From: Macrostomum lignano
Taxonomy: Eukaryota
DNA: 64,000 nt
Assembly: GCA_002269645.1 (NCBI GenBank)
Contig: NIVC01001304.1
Span: 1 to 64,000, forward strand
Direction of reading: 5' to 3'
Made by a program: the position numbers and the translations under genes
Notes under the pieces: generated by a model
Told to the model about the DNA's origin: nothing
The model's input: only the letters and a program-made list of their open reading frames with translations
Database searches by the model: none
In this document: positions 46,648 through 58,701 of the stretch, in pieces
Numbering within the stretch: the first letter of the stretch is position 1
Layout: each line of letters begins with the position of its first letter

Positions 46648-48924
46648 TCAGACCTCAGCCGGGTCGTGGCACTGGCTGCAGTCGGCAGCCGCGGATCCGC
46701 GGGCTGCCATCCGCTCCACCTGCACGGTGACCTCGTGCACCCGGAATCGGCGCCGTACAACTAAAGTGGCCGCCTGCAGAACCCGCTGCGAGTCGGCGGT
46801 GTCCGCCACGGCCAGGTGGGCGCTGAGCGCCGTCCGGCTTACGGAGATGCTCCAAATGCGCAGGCTGTGGACGCGAACCACCCCTTCGACGGCGTTGAGA
46901 GCTGCGGTCACGGAGTCGAAGTCCAAGCCTCTGAAAAAAGGAATACGAAGCCTATGACTCACTTCATTCACACCATTGGCACTTCAGTGATACAAGCGAC
47001 ACTTCAGCAAAACGTCAGTGACCCCAGTGACACGTCAGTGACCACAGTGACACGTCAGTGACCCCAGTGACACGTCAGTGATTCCAGTGACACGTCAGTG
47101 ACCCCAGTGACACGTCAGTGACCCCAGTGACACGTCAGTGACCTCAGTGACACGTCACTCGTCAGTGACCCCGGTGACACGTCAGTGACCCCAGTGACAC
47201 GTCAGTGACCACAGTTACACGCCAGTGACCCCAGTGACACACGGTCAGTGACCCCAGTGACACGCTAGTGACCTCAGTGTCACGTCAGTGACCACAGTTA
47301 CACGCCAGTGACCTCAGTCTCAGTGACACGTCATTGACCCCAGTGACACGTTAGTGACCCCAGTGACACGTTAGTGACCTCAGTGTCACGTTAGTGACCA
47401 CAGTTACACGCCAGTGACCTCAGTGACACGTCATTGACCCCAGTGACCCCAGTGACACGTCAGTGACCACAGTTACACGCCAGCGACCCCAGTGACACGT
47501 CAGTGACCCCAGTGACACGTCAGTGACCCCAGTGACACGTCAGTGACCTCAGTTACACTTGCGTGATGCAAGCAATGTGGTGGCCCCAGCGACACATTTC
47601 AAACACTAAGGCGGCACAATACCTTGGCGCGGCCTCCATGAGAACCCGGAGCGCGTCCCTGATAATAGCGAAGGTTGTGATGAGCACCAGCACGGAGAAC
47701 AGGAAGGTGCAGATGGGATCGGCGACGCGCCAGTCGGGCCGGTAATAAATCAGGTAGGCCGCGCACAGCACGCCAAGGCTCTGCAGCAGGTCGCCGATCA
47801 CGTGGATGAAAGCGGCGCGAACGTTGATGTTCTGCTCGGCTGGAGCGTCGGCGCTTTCGGCCTCGTGCGAGTGCGAGTGCGGGTGCAGCGTGAAGGCCAT
47901 GAGGATGTTCACCGCCACGCCAACGGCGCTGGTGATCAACATGATGCGGCCGTCAACATCGAAGCTGCCGGTGCGGACACGCTCAATGGCGAGGAACACC
48001 AGTATCTGGCGGGGCAGCAGGGCGCGGGTGGGATATCATATCAATTGTAGAATGGGATCTGAGCAGTGTGGGATCTGTGCAGTGTGGGATCTGTGCAGTG
48101 TGGGATCTGAGCAGTGTGGGATCTGTGCAGTGTGGGATCTGAGCAGTGTGGGATCTGTGCAGTGTGGGATCTGTGCAGTGTAGGATCTATGCAGTGTTGA
48201 ATCTGTGTAGTGTGGGATCTGTGTAGTGTGGGATCTGTGTAGTGTGGGATCTGTGTAGTGTGGGATCTGTGCAGTGTGGGACCATAGTATAGAAGATTTT
48301 TGTAGATGCAATTATCACAGAATAATATTGGGGTGGGATCTTTGCTAGGATGGGATCCTTGTAGCTGTCAAGATTCTTATACTACACTAACTACTTATAC
48401 TATACTACACTGCAAGATCGGATCCGTGCAGAATGGACTCTATGCCAATAAAAGCATCTTTCAGCTTGAGATCAGCAAGAACAACAGTGAGGGAAACAGA
48501 TTTTAGCAGACAAGCGCACCCCAGTAACAAGCCAGATGAGCAGCACGGACACCAGGGCTCCGAGCACCTCAGCCCGGTGCCAGCCGAAGCTGTACGTCTT
48601 GCTGGGCCGTCGGCCAGCCAGGAAAATGGCCAGCAGGCTGATCATAAAGCTGGCAAAGTCTGTCAGCAGGTGCGCTGCGTCAGTCATGATGGCGAGGCTG
48701 TTGGCAAGGGCGCCGCCGACGATCTCGCCGGCCATGAACAGCAGGCAGAGCACGGAGGCCAGCAGCAGACGGCGCTGGGCTGAGCGCTGCTCGGCAGCCA
48801 CCGTGGCGTCAAATTCAAGTTCGTGGCAGTGGCTGTCGGGGTCGTCCTCGGCAGCCGCCACCGCCGAGGACTCCTGCTGAAGGAGCGGCGAGACGTCGCT
48901 TAATGAAGAGCCGGCGCGATTCGC
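46648..48924 (-). CDS. ZnT2-like zinc transporter (SLC30/CDF family); 5' exon not located
   Basis: complement join(48924-48520,48005-47623,46930-46648), in phase. SLAIMTDAAHLLTD (TM2 HxxxD), FGWHRAEVLGAL, HPHSHSH loop, NINVRAAFIHVIGD (TM5 HxxxD), ADPICT and the C-terminal HEVTVQVE domain. Confidence 0.92.
47010..47552. repeat. 20-bp minisatellite (CAGTGACACGTCAGTGACCC) in a ZnT intron
   Basis: Read directly. Confidence 0.92.
48050..48280. repeat. 16-bp minisatellite (GTGGGATCTGTGCAGT) in a ZnT intron
   Basis: Read directly. Confidence 0.92.
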
Positions 48925-49084
48925 CTGGAGCAGGTGGGTTGCACTGATTGAGCACACAAGCCGCTCTCTGCCCCTGCATGCTCTCCGCTTAGTAATACCA
49001 GCTTTCCCCCCACTCTGACCCCTCCTACCCCCCATTGACCCCTCAGACTTCCATTCTGACCCCTCCACCCCCACTGACCCTTTA

Positions 49085-49920
49085 TCCATTGACTCTGACT
49101 TCTCTGTCCACTTACTCTGACCCCTCTGTCCACTGACCCTGACCCCTCTGTCCAATGACCCTAACCTCTTTGTCCACTGAATCTGACCCCACTGTTCTTC
49201 GACTCTGACCCCTCTGTCCAATGACCCTGACCTTTTTGTCCACTGAGTCTGACCCCCTCTGTCCACTGAATCTGATCCCTCTGTCCACTGAATCTGACCC
49301 CTCTGTCCACTGAATCTGACCCCACTGTTCTTCGACTCTGACCCCTCTATCCAATGACCCTGACCTTTTTGTCCACTGAGTCTGACCCCCTCTGTCCACT
49401 GAATCTGATCCCTCTGTCCACTGACTCTGACCCCTCTGTCCACTGACCCTGACTCCTCTGTCCACTGAATCTGATCCCTCTGTCTACTGACTCTGACCCC
49501 TCTGTCCACTGAATCTGACCCCTCTGTCCACTGACTCTGACCCCTCTGTCCACTGACTCTGACCCCTCTGTCCACTGACCCTGACCCCTCTGTCCACTGA
49601 ATCTGATCCCTCTGTCTACTGACTCTGACCCCTCCGTCCACTGAATCTGACCCCTCTGTCCACTGAATCTGATCCCTCTGTCCACTGACTCTGACCCTTC
49701 TGTCCACTGACCCTGACCCCTCTGTCCACTGAATCTGATCCCTCTGTCTACTGACTCTGACCCCTCTGTCCACTGACCCTGACCCCTCTGTCCAATGACC
49801 CTGACCCCTCTGTCCAATGACCCTGACCTATTTGTCCACTGAATCTGACCCCACTGTCCATTGACTCTGACCCCTCTGTCCAATGAACTTGATTCTTCTG
49901 TCCACTGACTCTGACCTTTT
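49085..49920. repeat. 22-bp minisatellite (CTGAATCTGACCCCTCTGTCCA)
   Basis: Read directly; lies upstream of the ZnT acceptor at 48925. Confidence 0.92.
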
Positions 49921-51617
49921 TGCAACCCCACTATGATATTTTAATATTTTAATTGTATTTATCTTTTATTTTTAATCTCATTCTTTGTCTGTCCACTTGT
50001 TTAACTTTTTAATGCTTGATTTTATCTTATAAGGTTTAAAGGTTCTCTATCCTTTTGTTAAGACTAACTTTGATTAGTTTGTCAAAAATAATTTAGATGT
50101 TCTTGTTCCCCTTTTTAGCTTTAGCCTCTGTGTTTCTATCCTTTGATGAAACTATTTTCAATTAATATATACAATATTTTTATATAGAAAATGTTCATCT
50201 ATCCAACAATTGACTAATTAAATATTGATAAAATGGACACAGTGCATATTTTTTTATTTATGAAATATGCCAAAATATGCAATGTACACAGTTACTCTAT
50301 TTCATTTAGAACTTAATTAAAATATTGAATATTTTTCAATGACTATTGGCTTTTTGTTAGCCCAATGATTTATTATACTTGTTTAATATTAATTATGGTG
50401 ATAATAATTGTAATAACAATACCATAAAAAATAATAGTAATATTAGGAATAATAAATATAATGTTTAAGAACTTCTGTGGCTGTGTTTTGCACTTTTATA
50501 TCTTGTATAAATAGTTGATTTTAAAATGCAGATTTTATATTTTTTAAAAGAGCTATGATGAAGCTTGCTTACTAAGAAAAGAGAAACAAATTGAAATAAT
50601 ATATTTAAATAGTTTATGCATATGTATGTTTAGTTTTGTGTTCATATATTTTATTGTAAACAAAGTCAAAGAGTATTACAATACTAAAAGGAGACTAAAT
50701 TAAAGTTTCCAAAAATATAGTTACCCCCCAAAAAATCGCACCCAAAACTCAAGTTTTTTCTCACATTATTTAAAAGAAGAAATGTAGGCCTAGTGCCTAC
50801 AATTTGAATATAATTTTAGGTCCTAATCATTCACTGCACAATCTCAATCAATGCTACTAACAACTTGAACTTGAACAAGCAATTACAAAGCGCAAATCAC
50901 ATTAATTACATTTACAACACAATTAACTTGTCGGTCTTAACTTAACTTCAATATGCCACTGTTTGGTTAAAAAGTTACTTTGAATACTACTGACAAACTG
51001 TCTAAGTTCCATATAATAGTTCGGTACTATTCTGTCGTAAATTGTTTGTTAAAATATAAAATTCATTACGTAGTTATCGTGACTTTTAAATTATTGTAAC
51101 TCCTCCGGTAGCAAAATTGCCTATTTTTGCATTCTTAGTAAATAGGATTGTGCTTTAGAGAGTAAAGCTGCACTAAATTTAAATTTCCTTGTCGAGACTT
51201 TCGGTTTAGTTTTGAAAATCAAAGGCCTTGACGCGAGGCATTTAATCAAAGGCCTGAGATATCATGATATGTTCCCCTTTGGACAACAAAGGTAAACATA
51301 CATGTAGATTGGTTGTGGTGGAGTGGCCAAGATCCCACAAATGAGGTTAGTGACCTAGGAGTTTCTGGTAGTTAATTAATTTTACACCCAAAACTACTTT
51401 TAACGAAACCGTTGAGTCCCGCTATTGACGAAGATTTGAAGATTTAACCAAGAGTTTTTGGAAAGGGCCGACGATGAGGCGTCTAAGGAATGGTCTATAT
51501 TTAATGCTGAGAGCGAGAACCTATGCTTAGGGGCCGTAAAGAGTAAAGTGAAGGTGACGCTCTAATTTTTTATATAGCTCGATCCTTTGGGTCCTTCGAT
51601 GAGCTACGGTAAAGTAC

Positions 51618-51860
51618 GCACGCGAAGGCGTATTCAGCATGCCAGTGAAGTATGAGACAGACTAGGCCCATGGGCTAAGGTCTGCGATGCTTCACGCCTG
51701 CCCCTATCTTCAGCAGGTCAAGGCTGGTGGGAGGTCTGCACCCTCTATTTGCCTCTGGCAGCCGCAGACCCCCCCCCACGCTGTCTCGCAAGTCGACCCA
51801 GGGTACTCGTCCCCGCGTGTGTTCAAGGCAGTCCCTAGGGCTGCTGGACAGACTGGGCTC
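51618..51860 (+). ncRNA. HDV-like self-cleaving ribozyme (predicted) at the 5' end of the retrotransposon
   Basis: P1 GCACGCG 51618-24 / CGCGUGU 51814-20 (G1-U wobble); P3 GGG 51801-03 / CCC 51811-13; L3 UACUCGU; P1.1 A51805-U51822 and C51806-G51821; P4 GCAGUCC/GGGCUGC; J4/2 CAGA 51849-52; P2 CCCA 51797-800 / UGGG 51854-57. Confidence 0.8.
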
Positions 51861-52135
51861 CGGCGCTGGCGACCCTATCCAGTGGCTTCGGCCGAATTTG
51901 GGTATGCGGGTCTGGCTCGCCAACCTGCAGGCCGTGGTACTGCTCAACGTACTCTCTAATGCCTAAGGTGTTGACCGTGCCGATGGGCTGGAAGGCCGGG
52001 GAGTAGTCCGGTCGCAAGCGGTCCCCCTCCTGGTGTCGGGCCAGCCTTGAGGGTGCTATTGGCCTACTGCCCGGTCAGGTGGAGCGGCCGGGTGGGTACC
52101 GCGCCCCTTTGAGGGTAGCCCACCAACCTTTTATC

Positions 52136-53656
52136 ATGGCCTTCGAGCCGACTATGGATAAACAAGCTATTTCTAGGGATGGGGACCCTTCTAAACCCCA
52201 ACCTCAGTCCGAAGGACCGGCCGGCCCTGCTGGCAGATCCCAACCGACTGATTCAACTGTGGCAAAGGAAGGACCGGCTGGCTCTGCTGGCAGATCCGAC
52301 CAGAGCTACCAAACTCAAAATACCCTAAGACCTGCCAGCTCCGCTGGTGGATCTAAGGGAACCGCGAGCTCTGAGCCTAAAGGACCGGCCAAATCTGGCA
52401 GATCCGATGAAGCTCAGCGGGCTCGGCTTGAGCGCAAACGCGCTAAACAACGCGCCAAAAGGCAGGCCAAGAAGGGAGCTGCGGGGGCCAAAGCGGCGGC
52501 GTCCACCATGGATGCTGAAGCGACTGGAGTCCCAAGGCAACCAGGCGGGCCGGCCGGTGGAAGCTCCAGTAGTTCAGCGGCGGCGCTCCCTGGAGCTGCT
52601 GCCGCGGCTGCTGAGGCCGAAACCACGGCGCAACAAATGGCCACTGCCAACAAGGAGGTTCCTTCGGGAGCTACCTTTGCGGCGAAGGCCAAGGCCAAAA
52701 TCCCGGGAGTGATCATCCAAGGTCGCGACCAGGACTGGACCACTGATCAGCTTCAAAAAGTGTGGAGTGCTGTTGACTCCTATCTGATTGAGCTGACTGT
52801 CGAGGAGGGAATCTCCATCGGCGTTGAGCGGATGGTGCTGCGAAGCACATTCGTTCTTATTGCTCCTAGCAGCGAGGAGGACGCTCGGCGGCTGCTCCAG
52901 CGGCTACCGACGGTCTCCTTGGATGCTGACCTTGGCGGAGCTCTTTTTCTTCGCGAGGGCCAGCGTCCAAAGACGATACCCTATGTGGTTTTCGTCCCTG
53001 CTAAGAGCACCGCAGCTGGACCAGACGTTATTCGCCGGGTCCTACTGCGTCTGAACCCCGACCTCCCTGCTAGTGGACTGGTGTATCACCGTAAAGTCCG
53101 CAGGGGGGAGACGGGCAACTCAATTGTCCTCGGCCTTTCCAGCACTTGGGCGAGTCGGTACCCTAATGGATCCTCTTTCCAGCTGGGTGCCCTCAAGCTC
53201 AAGTTGCGCCGAGGAAAGTCTGCCAAAGGGAAGGCTACTGCCAACCCCGGCATCTCCGGCAAGAGCGGGGCGCAGTCTAAGGCCCAAGGAAAGGCGCAAG
53301 CCGATCCCAAAGCCAAAGCTGCATCTCGCCCCTCTGCTAGCAGCAGTTCGGCGACCGCGGTAACGGCTCCGGCCGAGCCCCGGGAACCAAACCTGCCAGT
53401 CGGAGAAGGAGTTGAGGACGAGGCCGGGTCTTCGGAATCCGAGCTCTCCTCGGCCACCTTGGTGGGGTCTGAAGGTAAAGATGCAGGTGAGGAAGCTTCC
53501 TCCATCCTGTCATCGGAGCCTGAGGAGTCTGCTGGGGGGCCGGTGGGGGTGAGGAGGCCATGGACGTCGACCAACTCCCATCTCCCAGTCAAGCCCCAGC
53601 GGCCTGGGACGAGGACGATCTGTTGTCCAAGTCTCCTTGATGGCCCTGGGCTCTAG
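52136..53656 (+). CDS. Retrotransposon ORF1 (no zinc knuckles; central DUF4780-like domain)
   Basis: First ATG at 52136. Low-complexity N- and C-termini flank a globular core whose LLRLNPDLP...G...IVLGL...FQLG..KLKLR segment resembles ORF1 of LOA/R1-type elements (by eye). Confidence 0.8.
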   Translation: MAFEPTMDKQAISRDGDPSKPQPQSEGPAGPAGRSQPTDSTVAKEGPAGSAGRSDQSYQTQNTLRPASSAGGSKGTASSEPKGPAKSGRSDEAQRARLERKRAKQRAKRQAKKGAAGAKAAASTMDAEATGVPRQPGGPAGGSSSSSAAALPGAAAAAAEAETTAQQMATANKEVPSGATFAAKAKAKIPGVIIQGRDQDWTTDQLQKVWSAVDSYLIELTVEEGISIGVERMVLRSTFVLIAPSSEEDARRLLQRLPTVSLDADLGGALFLREGQRPKTIPYVVFVPAKSTAAGPDVIRRVLLRLNPDLPASGLVYHRKVRRGETGNSIVLGLSSTWASRYPNGSSFQLGALKLKLRRGKSAKGKATANPGISGKSGAQSKAQGKAQADPKAKAASRPSASSSSATAVTAPAEPREPNLPVGEGVEDEAGSSESELSSATLVGSEGKDAGEEASSILSSEPEESAGGPVGVRRPWTSTNSHLPVKPQRPGTRTICCPSLLDGPGL

Positions 53657-53679
53657 CCAGATATTGCATTTAATACAGT

Positions 53680-56600
53680 ATGACTAAGCTCCACGCTGCC
53701 AAAGGAGCGACATTCTGTCTGCAAATAAATTTACAGCATTGCGTATCTGCGTCAGTAAATCTGATGAAGATTGCTGAGCTGTACAGGCCAGGCCTCATCC
53801 TGATCCAGGAACCCTGGATGCGCAACGGTAAGTTGCCCAACATTCCCTCTGGCTACTCTGATTTTTATGTGTGTGGCCCGGGGAACAGCCGCCCTAGAGC
53901 GGCTATCCTCGCTGCTAGCCATCTCCAGGCTTGGCTGAGGACTGATCTCTCTGATGGAGACCTTTGCGTCATCCAATCTAATCATTTCTCTCCGCGTACG
54001 TGTCTTGTTGCCTCGGTTTATATCCCAGGCGACAGAGACCCTGCTCCGAGAGTTTACTGCGCCTTGCGCAGTACTGCGAGTCCCAGAACGCTGAGCTGTG
54101 CTTAGGGGGCGACCTCAACGCGCACCACAAGCACTGGGGCAGCAAAGATACCAACACTAGAGGAGAGGAGCTTCTGGCCCTCATCTCTAACACAAACCTC
54201 ATGCTCTGCAACCGCGGCAGCACTCCTACCTTTAATAATGGCAGATGGACCGAGGTCCTCGACGCCACACTCGTTACCCCAAGACTCTTTGACAGAGTCA
54301 AGGAGTGGAGAGTCTGGTCTGAGGAGCCCTCCCTGTCTGACCACTGCTTTATCGCCTTTAATATCGCGGACACTAAAACCCAGTCTCCGATCACTTGGAG
54401 ACGCAATATCCGCAACACTGATTGGGCGGCCTACAAGGCTGCCCTTGATCTGCACCTGCAGGAACTCACGGACTTACGTCCGATTGAGACCTGCGAGGAT
54501 GTGGATCATATGGCTGAGACGCTGACAGGTTGCATTATTGCAGCCTACGAAGCGGCTTGTCCTGCTCGCGCCTACAGAGGCAAGACCTCGGCGCCGTGGT
54601 GGAACCCGGAGCTGGGGAAACTCAGGCGGAAGGCCAAAAGCCTTCATCGCCGTGCCATGAAGACCGGAAACCCGGAGGACATGGAGCTTTTCCGGCAAGC
54701 CTCCCGCAATTTCAAATCTGAAGTGCGCAAGGCCAAGGAATGTAAGTGGCGCCAATTCTGCAATGAATTGGATCAAGACAGACCTACTTCTAGGCTTGTC
54801 AAGGCCCTTACAATGGACAAAATGTCCAAATTAGCCATGATCAAAAAAGATGATGGCTCTCTTACTAAAGACCCTGAAGAAGTGCTTCAGCATATGCTTA
54901 GCACATTCTTCCCGAGGGTACCTACTGCTAGACCGGAGCCCAACCATTCGATGGATGGAGCCACCCTAGCGGCGGGCATTGTCACTGAAGACCTAATCGC
55001 TCGTGCGGTCAGAACCTTCAAACCCTTCAAATCTCCTGGACCTGATGGTATCTACCCTGTTCTCCTTCGTGAAGCAGCCAAGATACCCTCGTTCCTGAGA
55101 CTCACCCGCAATCTTATGCGGGCCTCTATCCAGCTGGGATACGTTCCCAAAAGCTGGACTGAAGCTCGAGTAGTCTTTATTCCCAAACCTGGGAAGGGTG
55201 ACTACCAAAGCGTCAAGGCCTTCCGGCCAATTAGCTTAACGTCAGCAATGCTTAAGCTCACTGAGAGGCTTATTCTCTGGCGGCTGCTCTCCTGCGAGCT
55301 GACAGCGATGCCCCTCAGCAATAATCAGCACGCCTTCCGTACCGGGAGGTCGACTGACAGCGCCCTGCATGCGATTGTCGAAAAGATTGAACGGGCGGTA
55401 CTGGGTGACGGTTACGCCCTGGCTCTCTTTCTTGACATTGTTGGCGCCTTCGACAACGTTATCTTTGAAGCGTTTCAGAGGGCCCTTCAAAATCGCAAAG
55501 CTCATGCTACCCTCATACGGTGGATCATGTACATGATCTCCAACCGTACGGTCACTGCCCAACTTCTTGGGCAAACTGCCTCCACCAGAGTCTGTAAGGG
55601 TGGACCCCAAGGCGGAGTCCTCACCCCGACGCTCTGGAACCTGGTCATGGACGCTCTTCTGAGTGACTCCCGACCTGACCCCGTCTTCAAAGTCGGGTAT
55701 GCTGATGACGTCACGGCCATTGTGGCAGGACCGTCTCCCAGCACGCTCAGGGATCTGATGCAGAGCTTTATCCGCAAAGCAGAATCCTGGGCCAATGACA
55801 ATGGTTTGGAACTCTCTGAGCCCAAAACCGTTGCCATTATGTTTACCAGCAGACTACGCTGGAACATACGTCCTCTGCAGCTCTACGGCAGAGATATTGC
55901 CTTCGCGCACCAGACCAGATGTCTCGGGGTCACACTTGACCACCGGCTCAACTGGTCCTTCCACGTGAAAGCAAAAGCTAAGCGTGCCTCAGCCATCCTG
56001 GCCCAGCTCCGACGAGCACTTGGCACTTCTTGGGGTCTATCCCCAAAGCGGCTTTGGTGGATCTATACTTCCGTAGTTAGACCTGCCATTACGTACGCCT
56101 CTGTTGTCTGGGTTAGCGCTACCCAGGTCAAAAGCCATGCAGACCTGCTCAACACGATCCAAGGCAGAGCGTGTAGGCTCATCTGCAACGCCACCAGGTC
56201 CACGCCCTTTGCTGGCATGGGGGCCTTTCTTAATCTTCCGCCTCTTGACCTCTTCATCAGGGGTGAGGCGGCTAGAACGACGCGGCGTCTAATTGATGCC
56301 GGCGTCAAATTCATTTACATGAGAGCACCTGCTAAGCGGAACCTTGTCCCGCATAGCGATCTGTGCCTCAACTTTCTCAACGAGTGTCAGGCCAATCGCG
56401 TCTTCACCGATGGCATTGCCTCAACGCTCAACCTGAGACAGCGCTACTCCGTAGCTATCGACTCGCGCGATAACATCAATGACCATTGGAACCCTGGTGA
56501 GCTTCATTGCTACACCGACGGTTCTAAGCAGTCAGCCAACACCGGCTTTGGTGTTGGAATCTTTCTGAACGGGAGGGTCATCGCTACCCACGCTCAATAC

Positions 56601-57419
56601 ACTGGGGTCAACTCCAGTGTTTTCCAAAATGAAGTTCTGGCCATCAGCTCCTGCACTGCAGAGCTTCTCGCCACTGGCGTTACTGGTAAGAACATCATTT
56701 TCCATTCGGACAGCCAAGCTGCCTTGCACGCCATCAGTGGCTGCAGCACCAACTCTGCTACAGTCCTTGACTGTATCAAACTCCTCAATGTGTTGGGTTC
56801 CGCCAACAAAATTACCCTTAAGTGGGTTCCGGGGCATGTGGGGATCCGAGGAAATGAGTTGGCTGACACCCTTGCAAAAGTTGGTGCCTCCGGCTCCTCT
56901 CTCGGCCCCGAACCTCTTGTCCCGATTCCTGGCTGTGTCATCGACTCGCGCATCAAAGCGTGGATCAGGACTCAGCACCGCTCGACTTGGGCGAACCGCA
57001 CGAACTGCAGGCAATCCAGAGGCGCTGTCCCTCAGCCCTCTCACCAGCTCCGGAAGCTCCTCTTGCGCCTCTCGCGCAGAGACATCCGGGCTGCCACCAT
57101 GACCCTCTCTGGTCACGGCTGCTTCTCCAGGCACCAGTACCTGCAGGGCAACGCCACCAACGCCACCTGTAGTTTCTGCAACTCAGGTGACGAAACCGCT
57201 GAGCATTTCGTCAGCATCTGTCCCGCCTTCACGCGGGCCAGACTCACTTACCTCGGGCCACACACATCTATTACTGAAGCGTGCAAACCCGAAAACTTTA
57301 ATCAGCTCATGCGCTACCTTCGGGCCACCCGCAGGGCTGAACTCTCCTTTCCAGAGAGCACCATAGCTGCTGGCGACACTGGGGGACCTCCCTGGGTGGC
57401 GCCAACCCTCCGTCCATAG
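53680..57419 (+). CDS. Retrotransposon ORF2: AP endonuclease, reverse transcriptase, RNase H and CCHC motif (one frameshift near 54048)
   Basis: APE: QINLQH, LIQEP, GGDLNAH, SDH. RT: PGPDGI, FRPISLTS, LDIVGAFD, PQGGVL, YADD, WGLSPK..WIY..VVRP. RNase H: YTDGSK, SDSQAAL, WVPGH.GI.GNE.AD.LAK. C-terminal CSFC...ETAEHFVSIC. Confidence 0.96.
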
Positions 57420-58701
57420 CGACGCGTCGGCCGTTCAGGGACTAGCGGAATGGGCGCCCGCGCCTTCCCGCTGTGTCCCCTCCGGGACAGCCCTGCAGCT
57501 AAGTCAAAGTAAGTCAAGTACGGTAAAGTACTAAGTAATGCTAATGTCTTCTGATGCCCTGTAATGCAATCGAGTTATTTAGTAATTAAAAGCATTAATA
57601 TTTATTAGCAGTCAATAATTTAAATCCATGGCAGCTTCCATTCTCTCGGCAGCTTCAATTCTCTCGGCATCTTCAGAATCTGAATACATGTGCACCTAAC
57701 TCTCTTGCCATTAGACTTGACCATTGCCCAACAGATTATACTGAAGTGTGAACTATGAGAAGCATGAGAAAAAATATTAAGAATGAACTAAACTGTGCAC
57801 GTGAGCATTGAGAAAAATTTTTAAAGACTGAGTTGGGGGTCGTCGTAGTCAAAGTGATGCACGGTCAAATTAAAATGGTATTTTTGTGCTCTTAAATATT
57901 GAATAGCTCTGTAAACAGTTCGTGGACCACACTCGAATGAATGCTCAGTACAAGTGTCTGCATTCCATTCAAAAATCAGTGCAATTTTTTTATTTCACAG
58001 TCAATCGTAAAATTTATGTAACTAATTAATAGAATGCGGTGTTATAGCGTAATTATGCGTGGAGTTGCTACAGATGTTTCTGTACCATTTGAAAATCAAG
58101 CGTGACAATTATAGCGCTATCAGGTGATGGGTAATGTAGGCTGGGATTGCCATTGAATAAGTCGCTAGCAGTGGGATTACCTGAAGTGCCGAGGTGCTTA
58201 TACAAGGTTGATATATAAACACTACAATTAAGCATTGAATCAAAAAATGTTTTTAAAGACAAGCATGCAACAGCAATCTGCAAATTCAAGATTTCATGCA
58301 TTGAATGAAGCTTGGGTTGCATAAAATTTTCAGAAGCGCGGCTCGATCAGTCTTTAAAGCCGCGCTGTCGGTTGTACGTTTCGAATAAAATTCATTTGCA
58401 TGTACATTCGCATAAATAATTGTTTAATTTTATCTACCAGAGTGCATTGAACGCAATGGATTGGAAAGGGTGGTGCTAATTGCCAAATTGAAATTGCAAA
58501 GCATTTTAACTATGATTTTATCAGTTCAAGCAGGTCAGGCAGCGTACATGTAGGTAGCATTTCGTATCTACGTATCTTAATTCTTACATCTCTCTTCATT
58601 CCTTCAGCTTTCGAACTTCTATTTTGTTAATTCGCACAACTTATGACGGAAAGGTGGTGATTTTTGTTTTTTACTTTTTCCATAAACTGAGTTGACAAAA
58701 G

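Larger units (their letters stand above)
51618..57518 (+). mobile_element. Full-length non-LTR retrotransposon, LOA-type (ORF1 plus APE-RT-RNase H ORF2)
   Basis: 13-bp TSD TACGGTAAAGTAC at 51605-51617 and 57519-57531; 518-nt 5' UTR, two ORFs, short-repeat 3' tail. The clade call rests on motifs recognised by eye. Confidence 0.93.

Noticed and set aside
49930-51600. AT-rich block considered as a mitochondrial insertion or alternative-code gene
   Set aside because: No recognisable mitochondrial gene, tRNA or sustained ORF in the frames examined.
51575-51617. Hairpin TAGCTC...GAGCTA and GATGAG...CGAA considered as a hammerhead ribozyme or Helitron end
   Set aside because: Lacks the CUGAUGA and GAAA cores and a CTRR terminus; lies outside the TSD-defined element.
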